Shown here piece by piece: positions 1-16,210 of a stretch of DNA of 64,000 nt. This DNA is from the human T2T-CHM13v2.0 reference genome, Homo sapiens. The stretch's first letter is position 1, and each line of letters opens with the position of its first letter. The stretch lies in assembly GCA_009914755.4 (NCBI GenBank), contig CP086569.2:20160001-20224000 (forward strand), given 5' to 3'. The notes under the pieces were generated by a model. The model ran no database searches. It was not told where the DNA came from and saw only the letters and a list, made by a program, of their open reading frames with translations. The position numbers were made by a program, and so were the translations under genes.

Positions 1-150
1 TCATCATTTAGAAAGACAGTATGATAATTGTCAAACCACCACCTGACATTCTGAGTGGTTGTGCTGGGGAGAGCTCTCTCTTGCCCTGTTCATGCCTATC
101 TACCTGTAACATTTCACTCTCAAGAGTCAAGACCTCAAATCTTTGGGGAA
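1..150. repeat. Unclassified interspersed-repeat fragment, homologous (~75% identity by eye) to 15701-15845
   Basis: Shared motifs 'tcatcattt-aga(a/g)ag(a/g)cagt(a/g)tgataattg(t/g)caaacca...ttgcctatcta...tgtaacaattt' in both copies. Family not recognised. Confidence 0.35.
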
Positions 151-1975
151 AAAAGGTGAAGGTCAATCGTCCATAACTGCTTTCTTCTGACAGAGGGATG
201 GTGGTAGTTTTGTGTGTCTTTGTCTCGTTACCTATCAGGGCAGGAGGATGACTCCATGTGTTGGAAAAAGCAGAATCTTGTGGGGTCCAAGGGAGATGAG
301 AGCAAGATTTCACCTCCTTTCTGTCCTGGTCATGGGCAGTTTAGAGGTCCTGTGTCAAAGGGTACCTCTTGAATAATGAGTACAGTATCTCTCACTGAGG
401 ATCATCTAGAGCTTGAGGGCCTGAAGGTGAGACAAGATAACTGGGTTATTAGATTCAGAAGTTATGGACCAAAACAAAGTAAGAAGGTAAGTACAGCTCC
501 AAAAATACTGAGGCTGCCAACATGCCCAGGTAACTGATGGCTATAGTTATGCATGCTAAGACTTGGGTACATGTGATTTGGCATTGGTTAACTCCCTGGT
601 TGTTATTTTGAAAAAAAAAAGATAACTTGAGTATGGTCCAAACAAAGCCATTCTGCTGTAGTGCTGAGATTAGCTACTGGCAAATGTTGGTTATAATCAG
701 CAGGCTGAAATCTGGAACTTTTGAGTACTGAATGAGATTTGGTGTCCTAGGCAAAGCCAGTGGACTTATCTACCAGTTTCCTAGGGGAAGGTAATGCTTG
801 GAAAATTGTGGAATCTTGGTTGATGATAGAAATGATTGTAAGGATATAATTGATAAGTCTGTAGGTTAGTGAAAATAACATTACAACCTACATTTATTTC
901 ATTTTTCTTTTTAGCTGTAACACAAATAGGGGCTATTACCATTAAATCAATATTGGAGGGGTGGAGCCAAGATGGCTGAATAGGAACAGCTCCACTCTAC
1001 AGCTCCCAGCATGAGTGACACAGAAGATGGGTGATTTCTGCATTTCCAACTGAGGTACTGGATTCATCTCACTGGGGAGTACTGAACAGTAGGTGCAGGA
1101 TGGTGGGTGCAGCACACTGAGCATGAGCCAAAGCAAGCCAAGGCATCACCTCACCCAAACAGTTCAAGGGGTGAGGGAATTCCCTTTCCTAGTCAAAGAA
1201 AGGGTGACAAACAGCACCAGGAAAATCAGGTCACTCCCACCCTAATACTACACTTTTTTAATGGTCTTAGCAAATGGCACACCAGGAGATCATATCCTGC
1301 ACCTGGCTTGTAGGGTCCTATGCTCACTCATTGCTAGCACAGCAGTCTGAGATCAAACTGCAAGGCAGCGGTGAGGCTGGGGGGATGGTGACCACCATTG
1401 CTGAGGCTTGAGTAGGTAAACAAAGAGGCCAGGAAGCTCAAACTGGGTGAAGCCCACTGCAGCTCAAGGAGGCCTGCTTGCCTCTGTAGACTTCACATCT
1501 GGGGGCAGGGCATAACCAAACAAAAGACAGTAGAAAACTCTGCAGACTTAAATGTCCCTGTCTGACAGCTTTGAAGAGAGTAGCGGTTCTCCCAGCACAC
1601 AGCTGGAGATCTGAGAACAGACAGACTGCCTCCTCAAGTGGGCCCCTGACCCCTGAGTAGCCTAACTGGGAAGCACCCCTCCACAGAGGCAGACTGACAC
1701 CTCACATGGCTGGGTACTCCTCTGAGAAAAAACTTCCAGAAGAATGATTTGGCAGCAACATTTGCTGTTCACCAGTATCCGCTGTTCTGCAGCCTCTGCT
1801 GCTGATACCCAGGCAAACAGGGTCTGGAGTGGACCTCCAGCAAATTCCAACAGAACTGAAGCTGAGGGTCCTCACTGTTAGAAGGAAAACTAACAAACAG
1901 AAAGCACATCCACACCAAAACCCCATCTGTACGTCACCATCATCAAAGACCAAAGGTAGATAAAACCACCAAGAT

Positions 1976-2990
1976 GGGGGAAAAAACAGAGCAGAAAAAC
2001 TGGAAACTCTAAAAATCAGAGTGCCCTTCCTCCTCCAAAGGAATGCAGCTCCTCACCAGGAATGGAACAAAGCTGGATGGAGAATGACTTTAACGAGTTG
2101 AGAGAAGAAGGCTTCGGATGATCAAACTACTCTGAGCTAAAGGAGGAAGTCCAAACCCATGACAAAGAAGTTAAAAACCTTGAACAAAAATTAGATGAAT
2201 GGCTAACTATAACCAATGCAGAGAAGTCCTTAAAGGACATGATGGAGCTGAAAACCACGGCACGAGAACTGTGAGATGAATGCACAAGCTTCAGTAGCCA
2301 ATTTGATCAACTGGAAGAAAGGGTATCAGTGATTGAAGATCAAATGAATGAAATGAAGCAAGAAGTTTAGAGAAAAAATAATAAAAAGAAATGAACAAAG
2401 CCTCCAAGAAATATGGGACTATGTGAAAAGACCAAATCTACACCTGATTGGTGTATCTGAAAGTGACAGGGAGAATGGAACCAAGTTGGAAAACACTCTG
2501 CAGGTTATTATCCAGGAGAACTTCCCCAATCTAGCAAGGCAGGCCAATATTCAAATACAGAGAATGCCACAAAGGTACTCCTCGAGAAGAGCAACTCCAA
2601 GATACATAATTGTCAGATTCACCAAAGTTGAAATGAAGGAAAAAATGTTAAGGGCAACCAGAGAAAAAGGTCGGTTACTCACAAAGGGAAGCCCATCAGA
2701 CTATCAGCTGATCTGTTGGTAGAAACTCTACAAGCCAGAAGACAGTGGGGGCCAATATTCAACATTCTTAAAGAAAAGAATTTTCAAATCAGAATTTCAT
2801 GTCCAGCCAAACTAAGCTTCATAAGCAAAGGAGAAATAAAATCCTGGACAGACAAGCAAATGCTGAGAGATTTTGTCACCACCAGGCCTGCCCTAAAAGA
2901 GCTCCTTAAGGAAGTACTAAACATGGAAAGGAACAACCGGTAGCAGCCACTGCAAAAACATGCCAAATTGTAAAGACCATCCAGGCTAGG
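1976..2990 (+). pseudogene. L1 ORF1 (RNA-binding protein ORF1p) remnant, frameshifted
   Basis: The start 'atgggggaaaaaacagagcagaaaaactggaaactctaaaaatcag' matches the L1 ORF1 start. Track fragments 2423..2722 and 2716..2943 carry the ORF1p C-terminal motifs 'LENTLQVIIQENFPNLARQANIQIQ' and 'PALKELLKEVLNMERNNR'. Confidence 0.7.
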
Positions 2991-3036
2991 AAGAAACTGT
3001 GTCAACTAATGAGCAAAATAACCAGCTAACATCATA

Positions 3037-6870
<3,834 letters not shown>

Positions 6871-7625
6871 CCTTGTTGTGGGGTGGGGGGAGGGGGGAGG
6901 GATAGCATTAAGAGATATACCTAATGTTAAATGATGAGTTAATGGGTGCAGCACACCAACATGCCTCATGTATATATATGTAACAAACCTGCACGTTGTG
7001 CACATGTACACTAAAAGTTAAAGTATAATTTAAAAAAAATTAGAAAAAATATGTCCAAAAATTAAAGGTTTCCTGTAGTTGTCAGACAAATCTCCCTTTA
7101 CTCTTTCAAGGAGGCTATTCCCAGCCTTGAACATTCCTCTTAGATTAGGTTCCCATTGTTAGGCAGTTTGTAATTCTGCATCTGTGATTGTGCAGTCTCT
7201 CGGTTAAGGTGGTTAAGCAATTTCTGTCCTTGTAGTGGAAGAGCTAGTACATAGCCACCAATTGTTGAGGTAAAGGGATCCTGTGCTATGGAGCATTTGC
7301 TAAACTTTTTCCAATAATGGGAAATCAGGATGATTTTATACTACCAGTAAGGGAGTGAGTATAAAAACCAGCAGCAGCAGGACTATGGCGACCCATAGTA
7401 ATTTTGAGTGAGAGATTGCTCATAAAGGGAAATGCCACTGGAACTCCTGGTGGTATACAAATAAGAGTTAAAACAGTGAAAGCAATCAGAGGAACATTTC
7501 TAACATTAAATTTCCTTACTTTAAGGTGAAAAAACATTACTTATATTTCTGCTTAAAGAGGAACCTTTGATCTTCCAGCAATTCACACATGTATTCTGGA
7601 GGTGAGAGCATTGCTTCCAGGTCTG

Positions 7626-7790
7626 TTGTCTCAGGCCTGAGTGGAGTCATCTGCCAGTCCTCCCCAGGGTATGTACTTCTCCTTCAAATTGGATATATCA
7701 ATGAAGGGGACTTCCCTCTGTGGGAATTATTTTATGTCAGACAGGGCACAGGCTTGACAAGACAGTAGGATAGTTTTGTTTAATCCTTTC
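7626..7790. repeat. Copy 1 of a ~165-bp direct repeat (partner at 8518-8690, ~93% identity)
   Basis: Shared run '...gagtggagt(c/a)atctgccagtcctcc(c/a)cagg(g/a)tatgtacttctcct...ggatatatcaatgaagggg...gggaattattttatgtca(g/c)acagggcacaggcttgacaagacagtaggatagttt...tttaatcctttc'. Confidence 0.75.
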
Positions 7791-8517
7791 CACAGCTTCA
7801 CTCAGGTGTGATGTGTTTAGCAGGCACCATTTTCTGGTATTTTAATGGCTGTGGGAATAGATAATAAAACACTGAGGAGACTCTCTGAGACAGGATTTAG
7901 CTGGAAATTTGAGGATTCACCTTCCAAAGCTTTAATAAGAACCAATGAGCTTGAAGAATACAGAGGTGGGGATCTTTCTCCCTTCAATTTAGGGTTTGTT
8001 TGTAACCTATATTCCCTGAAGACCTGTTGGAAGCCTGATAAGGAAGAGATGTGGGTGATTGTGGCAGTTTTTTCATCCAGTAATAGGTCTTAACATAAAA
8101 ATGGCCTATCTTATATAACCTAAAAGGGGCTTAATTGTAGAAGAGGCTCAGAAGTAATGCGGATTCAAAGGAGAACCAAAGGTAAGAGGCCCACCCATAG
8201 TTACACTGTTTCCTGAAGGAGCTTATTGAGGATGCATTTGAGGGTTTTCATTTGTTCTTTCAACTTTTCTTAAATATTGTGTTCCTCAGGCAGAATGAAG
8301 GTACCACCTTATGCCTAAGGCACTAATGGCCTGTAAAGTTATTTGGGAAATAGAAGATGGATTATTTTCAATTTAAAATGACCTGGGGAACCTAAACCAG
8401 AAAGTAAGTTCCTTTAAGAGGAAATTTGTTACTTTCTATCCCTTCTCCACTTTGTGGGGGTAGTCTTCTACCCATTCTAAAAGGTGTCTACACAGACCAG
8501 GAGCTACTTATAACTGA

Positions 8518-8690
8518 AGCTGCAGGGCTCTGAGTGGAGTAATCTGCCAGTCCTCCACAGGATATGTACTTCTCCTTTAAATTGGATATATCAATGAAGG
8601 GGTGTTCCCTCTATGGGAATTATTTTATGTCACACAGGGCACAGGCTTGACAAGACAGTAGGATAGTTTCATTTAATCCTTTCTCACTGA
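8518..8690. repeat. Copy 2 of the ~165-bp direct repeat (partner at 7626-7790)
   Basis: See copy 1. Copies are ~890 bp apart; flanking sequence is not repeated. Confidence 0.75.
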
Positions 8691-9961
8691 ATATTAATTT
8701 ACAAATCTGTGCTAGACTATCCTTTCTAAGGTAGCAAGAGTCATGTAAGCCCTTGATAACTTTCCATTAAGAAGCTTTAGATAGATGAAGTTCTCTTAGC
8801 CTATACCATGCACTATTTTTTATACTCATGTTGAGTTCCCCAGCCTATTTGTTTATTAGAGTATTGGAGAGGGGGCAGTTCACTGGGGAGAGAAAGAAAT
8901 GAAGCCCTCATTAAGGTATGTTTTTGAGATGGCTGCCTCTTTAGCTTGTTATTTAGCTAGCCTATATTCCCTTTCAGTTTTATCAGAGTCTTTTTAGTGT
9001 CCTTTACAGTGCACTACTGCCACTTCGTGGGGCAGGTGAACAGGCTCCAGTAGTTCTAAGATTTGAATTATATGTTTAATAGGCATATCTCGAGCTGTTA
9101 GATATGCACTTTACTTCCAGATAGCTGTGTGGTATGAACCATCATAAGGGCATATTTGGAATCTGCAGAAATTGTTCTTTTCCTTCTTTAACCAAGTTTT
9201 GGGGCTCTTGTCAGTGCAGTGAGTTGAGCTAGTTGCACTGAGGTCCCCAGGGTACCCTGCAGGGTACCTTGAATATTTAGTTTCATTTCTGACAGAGCTA
9301 TTGCTATCTGAAAACCAAATTGCATCCAGATTATTTAGGGGCTGATATTTGAAGTCATCTTTGCTTGCATATAATTGGTTAAGCCGCTCACAACATGAAT
9401 ATGTTGAGGCATTCACTCCTTTTACTAAGCCCTTTTCTTCTCTTCCTGGTCCCTAGTTACAAAAGACCAAGGATGTTATTTTAATTATGTCAGAAATAGA
9501 AGTGTTAGGGCCCAGTGTCAGCTTTTCCAATATGTTCTAAGAACTAGAATATAGATCCAGTACTTACATTTCCTACCTTTTTCTTTCTCCTGACCTGAAG
9601 ACACAGATTGGTGGTTCATTCACAGGAATAAGCAGGGCTAGTCTAAAATGAAGACAAATCTCATAAATAATTGCTGAATCTAGAATCTACTAGTAGAGTC
9701 TACTAGTAGGTATATTTAACTTTGGAAACAAACTTTTTTGTTTAATTCTCATTTTTGTTAGAACGAAAGAAATAATAATGTTACTGGTTTGTTTGCAAAA
9801 TAAGCTTTAGTCTTATTATGCTTAATGTAATTAATTGCATAAAGTGCAGCAAGAAAACCATTTTCACATTTATCCCTAAATACCTATGAGTTGGGTAGAT
9901 TTCTCTTCTCCTGTGGTCCCAGGAAATCTTGGGGCCACTGAATCTGTTAGAAACTGACTTT

Positions 9962-9985
9962 TTTTTTTTTTTTTTTTTTTTTTAG
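9962..9985. repeat. Poly(T) homopolymer (~24 nt)
   Basis: Uninterrupted T run read directly from the sequence. Confidence 0.9.
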
Positions 9986-11527
9986 CTCACTGCAGGTTAG
10001 GATCCCTGTACAAGGACTGTGTAGACAAAATATGAGGCCAGTTTTTCCGACCATCTATTATTGGCTATATAAGTCAAGCTTGATTCCTTAAAGAAAAGCA
10101 TGGTATTCCAGTCAAAGCCTTGGTAAAACAACCAGTTTCCCCAGCTGTGTTTTGTTGTAAAAAAAAAATTATTGCACTTATGCAAAATGACTATATTGCC
10201 ATATGAATACTCACAAATAGTTTCCAAATCCTGAAGAAATGAGGTAGAAAGAGAAAAAAATGTGTTCAAAATTTTTTTCAAGGGAGCAAACTTCACATAA
10301 TTGTTAAAAGCTGTAAATGGCTCAAAAGTTTTTTTGACTCTCTGAAAAAAAACCATCAGCAACATTTAGTTAACGCTTGTTCTTGATATTTCTGAACATT
10401 TCAGCTCTAATATAGGTATAGCTTAGTTATCCACTTTTAATTAAGCTAGTCCTTTCTTTTTTACCAGATTTTAGCCAAGTCAAATGGCCAATACTTTTGT
10501 ATTTTAAACTTTATAAAAAGTAATCTCGCAGGCAAAACCAATAAGCCTTTACTGAGGTTATGACTTAACCACAAGTATATAAGGTATTTTTGGAGGCAAT
10601 AAGCAGTTTTTTTAAGATTTAGAATTTACAAATGTAGCTCAAAAAAAAAAAAGAAAGTTCAAGATAGCAAGTAAAACACTGTTCATGGAGTGAATACAGT
10701 ATTTGTACTACCAGTTTACATATAGAGGAAAGCCATGAATCTTACTAGTAAGAATTTCTATCCTTTTGCCAGCTAGCCAGGCTTCTGGTTTCTCTTTCTC
10801 AGAGCTCTAGCAGCCCTGAAGTCTTGTGAATGGCAGCAAATAAAGAGGTTATGTACATACTGTTAGAACTTATCCCTCCTCAAGAGATTGCTCAGTTAGA
10901 TTTTTGCTAAGTATTGTCTGAATAAGTGTGTGCTATTTCTAGAGACTAGAGGTAGGACTGCCTAGGTTGAAGATACTGGTTAAAATTGTAGGTTGCTTCC
11001 CCAGGAGAACTAGGACAAATAGAAAGAAAGATGAACTCAGAGGTCCAGTAAATATTAAATAAGCCCCAATCTTAGAGAGTATATTTTTGCCCCTGAAACA
11101 AATGGGCTATTTAGACATTACCAGGGACTAGTAGAAGTATGATAATTGATCCCTTAAGTAACATAAAGGGATGTGAGTTCTTTCTTTTGGAAGGTGAGGA
11201 TCTCATTTGCTTTACCCAACAGGCTTAACCCTGTCCTCCTCATTCTACTCTCAGTTATCAGAGATTAAAGAGGCTAATCTGAAGACTTCCTACACTGAGG
11301 CACTGAGTTCCAGGCTGGCTTTTGTAATTTCCTCCCATGACATTTGTAAGTCCAGCAGTGTGACAAAGAAAAACTAGTTTTTATAAGGTTCAGGAAAACT
11401 AAATTTTCCTAGCTTTAGGTGATGCATTCAAGGGGAGTGTCTTGAGGTCCAGAGATGTGTTTACTCATCTTCAAAGACAGAATAGAGTAGACAAAAAAGA
11501 AAAGGAAAAATAAAAAAGAAGACGCTT

Positions 11528-13757
11528 TCCTGCTGCTGATAAAGATATACCTGAGAGTGGGAAATTTACAAAAAAAATCACAACACATTTTTTTGTAAAT
11601 TTACAATTTACAAAAAAAAAAAAGGTTTAATTGCATTTACAGTTCTATGTGTCTGGGGAAGCCTCATAATAATGACAGAAGGCAAAGAGGGGCAAGTCAC
11701 ATCTTAAATGGATGGTAGCAGGCAAAAAATAACTTATTTAAGGAAACTCCCATTTTTTAAAAACCATCAGATCTTGTGAGACCCATTCACTATCATGAGA
11801 ATAGCATGGGAAGACCCACTCCAATTATTCAACTATCTCCCACCAGGTCCTTCCCACAACACATGGGAATTATGAGAGCTACAATACGAGATTTGGGTGG
11901 GAACACAGAGCCAATCAATATAATTCCACCACTGGCCCATCACAAATCTTATATCTTCACAATTCAAAACTAATTCTGGCTTCCCAAGAGTCCTCCAAGG
12001 TCTTAACTCATTTGAGCATTAACTCAAAAGTCCACAGTCCAAAGTCTCATTCAGTACAAGGCAAGTGCTTTCCACCTATGAGCTCTATGAGCTTGTAAAA
12101 TCAAAAGCAAGTGAGTCACTTCCTGAATGCAATAGGCATACAGGCATTAATAAACACAGCCATTCCAAATGGGATAAATTGGCCAGAATAAATGGTCTAC
12201 AGGCCCCGTGCTTGTCCAAAATCCAATGAGGAAGTCAAATCTTAAAGCTCCAAAATAATTCCCCTTTGACTCCATGTCTCACATCCGGGTCACACTGATG
12301 CAAGAGGTGGGTTCCCATGGTCTTAGAGAGCTTTGTGCCTGTGGCATTGTAGGGTACAGCCTCCTTCTCAGCAGCTTTGATGGGCTGGCATTGAGTGTAT
12401 ACAGCTTTTCCAGGTGCACAGTGCCAACTGTCAGTGGATCTACCATTCTAGGTTCTGGAGGATGGTGGCCATCTTCTTACAGCTCCACTAGGTGGTGCCC
12501 CAGTAGGGACTCTGTGTGGAGACTCCAACCCCAACATTTCCCTTTTGAACTGCCCTAGCAGATGTTCTTCATGAGGGCCCTGTCCCTGCAGCAAACATCC
12601 TCCTGGACATCCAGGCATTTCCATACATCCTCTGAGGATGGAGGCTTCCATACCCCAAACCTTGACTTCTGTTTACTCAGGCTCAGCGTCACATGAAAGG
12701 TGCCAAGGCTCAGAGCTTGCACCCTCTGAAGCCATGGTCTGAGCTCTACCCTGGCTCCTTTCTGCCATGACTTGAGTGGCTGAAATGCAGAACACCAAGT
12801 CCCTAGGCTGCACACAGCACAGGAACCCTGGATCGGGCCCATGAAATCATTTTTCACTCCTGGGCATTGAGGCCTGTGATGGGACGGGCTTCTGTGAAAA
12901 TCTCTGATGTGCCCTAGAGACATTCTTTCCACTGTCTTGCAGATTAATATTTGACTTATTGTTACTCATGGAAATTTTTGCATCTAGCTTGAATTTCTTC
13001 TCAGAAAATGGGACTGACTTTTCTATTGCATTGTCAGGTTACAAATTCTTCAAACTTTTATGCTGTTCTTACCTTATAAAACTGAATGCTTTTACTAGCA
13101 CCCAAGTCACATGCCACAAGCTTCACTACTTAGAAATTTCTTTTGCCAGGTACCCTAAATCTTCTTTCTCAAGTTCAAAATACCACAAATCTATATAGCA
13201 GGGGCAAAATGTTGCTAGTCTCTTTGCTCATACATAACAAGGATCACCTTCGCTCTGGTTCCCAACAAGTTTCTCATTTCCATCTCAGATCACCTCAGCT
13301 TGGACCTTACTGTCCCTATTGTTATCAGCATTTTGGGCAAAGCCATTCAACAAGTCTCTGGAAAGTCCCAAACTTTCCCATATTTTCCTGTCTTCTTCTG
13401 AGCCCTCCAAACTCTTGCAGTGTTTGCTTGTTACCCAGTTCCAAAACTGCTTTTACATTTTCAGATTTAATTGGACTTACAGTTCTCTGTGGCAGAGGAA
13501 GCCTCAAAATTATGCAAGGAGGAGCAAATTATGGCTGACTCAGATAGCAGGAGGCAAAAAGAGCTTGTACAGGGAAAGTCCTGTTTTTAAAAAAACCATC
13601 AGATCTCATGAGACCCATTAACTGTCATGAGAACAGCATTGAAAAGACCCACTCCCATGACTTAATCTTCTCCCACTGGGAACCTTTCACAGCGCATGGG
13701 AATTATGGGAGCTATAAGATGAGATCTGGGTGGGCACACAAAGTCGAACCATATTAG
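11528..13757 (-). mobile_element. Full-length MaLR (ERVL-MaLR; THE1/MST-type) element with two LTRs and internal region, ~2.2 kb
   Basis: Minus-strand LTRs at ~11528-11935 and ~13465-13757. Both carry the reverse-complemented THE1-type motifs '...gataaagatatacctgag.gtgggaaatttacaaa', 'aaaccatcagatct.gtgagacccatt.act.tcatgagaa.agcat' and 'catgggaattatg.gagctacaat..gagat.tgggtggg.acaca...ccat'. The internal region between them is collinear with the internal regions of the other two MaLR copies in this window. Confidence 0.8.
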
Positions 13758-15840
13758 AAGGCATTTCTTTTTTTCACCATCATTCTGTACGAGACATTTC
13801 CCATTGTCCTGGGTTCAAGACTTAACCAATCTTTACCATGTACCCTTCTTGGTGGGTTCTAAATGAGTTTTTCCTATATACCCTTTGTCCTGGGTTCCAG
13901 ACTTAAGAAGTCTTTATGTTTGTTCCAATCTCATTGCAATTACCCATCTTGGGAACACAGGAGATACTTTAGTCAACAGAAGGGCCCTTGTCCATCCTTG
14001 AAGCTCTGGACATAACTGGCCTCATCTAACCATAATTACCTATTTGAGAACAGAGTAGATATTTGGGTGGACAGTGGAAATCTTGTTCATCTTTGGGATT
14101 CTGTCCTTAGCTGATCTTTACTGTGTACTCCCAAACCTTTCATCTGTATTTCAATGGGAGTGTGTTAGCCGGGGAACAGCCCCTATCTCTGTCTCATTGG
14201 TCACTTTCCTCTGCAGCCTTGGGAAAGCATATATTCTTCTCTTCAAGACCTTATAGTGATTCTCACTTAAGGTATTTCTGTAATAAAATGATAATCTCTT
14301 TTTCTTAGAAGTTTATTTTTCAGTTAACTGCCAGAAGGGCTGAAATTCCCATTTTTAGACTATGACTTAAAAGGACTTGATGTATGTTAAGAGGAACATG
14401 AACATAATTAGAAAAATGAAGTCTATAGTAGAAAGTGGAAGGAAATAAAAGATTCCTCATGGCTCATGGAAAGCCTTCATATGCTCAAAAAACCAGCAGC
14501 CCTTGGATTCAAGAGGGCTGGATATAAAGTAACTGCTAGAGGACTAGGGTATTGGGGTAAGAATTTCTCCTCCTTTCAAAGCAATGCTAGCTTAAAAAGC
14601 AAATTTGGTGGAGTCCTTAAAAAACCAGAGTAAAGACCTATGCAAGAGGACAAGCTACCTTTAAAAGCCATTGAAAAACTTATCCTTGAGGCATACAGGA
14701 ATGAAAAGAACATGATGAGTTATGAGAAGCTGGCAAAGCTGGAGTCCCAATCAGTGTCTGTCTTGGAAAAGAGCCAATTTTAGTAAAAAGCAATAGCAGG
14801 GGAAGGACTAAAAGTCACCCAAGCTAGCAGAACCAAATATAAACCTCGAGGGATATTCACAAGGAACCCCATGCCTTTACTGTCACACAAACACAGAGAG
14901 CTCCAAGTGTATGAAGGGAGTGTGTGTTTAAGAAGTTGCATCATGTGCAAAGTAAAAAAAAAAGAGACAGGCTTGCCCTCAAGGCAGAAGTTCTGACATC
15001 TGCACAAAGCCATTTCAGACCATATATAGAAAAAACAGATGGAGCAGGAGATATCATCCATGGGGGTTGGATGCCTCCAGCCAAAGAAAATAAGGTATGA
15101 AGATACCTTACCACTAGGAAGTTGTCTGATTAATGCTCACAAAGTAAGTTACTTGTGGCAGGAATCCAAGTTACCTGAGTTACTGTTGACATACTTAGAT
15201 TGGTCTGCAGGAACTTCAGTCCCGCCCTCTTCATAAGAAAGTATTTGGCTGAGGGGAATAAAACAGAAATATGTCAAGGCAAGTTTCAGAACAGGAGTGG
15301 AAGTTTATTTTAAAAGGCTTTAGAACAAAAAATTTAAAAAGCTTGGAAGATATTCAACCAGGCATGTGAACATTAAAAGATTAGCTTAGATCCTAGAGCT
15401 TTATAGGCTTTGTAGGCTTACCTCTTTCCCATGATTCTTCCCTTAGTGTGGGCTTCCCACATGTGCAGTCCCCCTCTTACCTGTGGAATTAAAGCACATG
15501 CAGTGTGTTTAGAAAGTTTTACAGTTCCTCAACTGTGGCTTTGTTTCCTTTTTCTGTTGGAGTGTACCTGGAAGGTCATATTTTGTCTTTTATTGTCCAT
15601 GCCCAGGAAGTTTCTTCCCTCTGACATCTGAATTCAATTAACACTTTAATGTTAACACCTGTTAATCATCGGAAATGGCATCTTCCTGGCACTGTAGATG
15701 GGCTGCAAAACTATCATTTTTAGAGAGGCAGTGTGATAATTGGCAAACCATTACTTGACATTCCTAGTTGGTGAGGGGTGGGAAGAGCCCTCTCCTGTCC
15801 CACTCTTGCCTATCTAATATATGTAACAATTTCCTTTCAA

Positions 15841-16210
15841 ATGGAGGGCAATATGGTTTTGCTGTGTTTCCACCCAACTCTCATCTTGAAGTTTAGCACC
15901 CATAATCCTCACATATCACTGGAGAAACCCAGTGGGAGGTAATTGAATCATGGGGGTGAGTTATTTTTTTTCATGCTGTTCTCAACATAATACATCTCAT
16001 GAGATCTGATGATTTCAATAAGGCAGTTTCCTGCACATGCTGTCTTGCTTCCCATGTAAGATTTGCCTTTGCTCCTTCTTCATCTTCTACCATGATTGTG
16101 AAGCCTCTTCAGCCATATGGAACTGTGAGTCTATTAAACCTCTTTTTCTTTATAAATTACTGAATCTCAGGTTTTTATCCAGAGAAGTATGAGAATAAGC
16201 TAATACAAAG
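15841..16210 (+). mobile_element. Solo MaLR LTR (MST/THE1-like), plus orientation, ~370 bp
   Basis: Contains 'tatggttttgctgtgtttccacccaactctcatcttgaagtttagcacccataatcctcacatatcactggagaaacccagtgggaggtaattgaatcatggggg'. Further in it has '...tgatttcaataaggcagtttcctgcacatgctgtcttgcttcccatgtaagatttgcctttgctcc...accatgattgtgaagcctc.tcagccatatggaactgtgagtctattaaacctctttttctttataaattactgaatctcaggtttttatccagagaagtatgagaataagctaatacaaag'. Both are diagnostic of THE1/MST LTRs. Confidence 0.8.
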
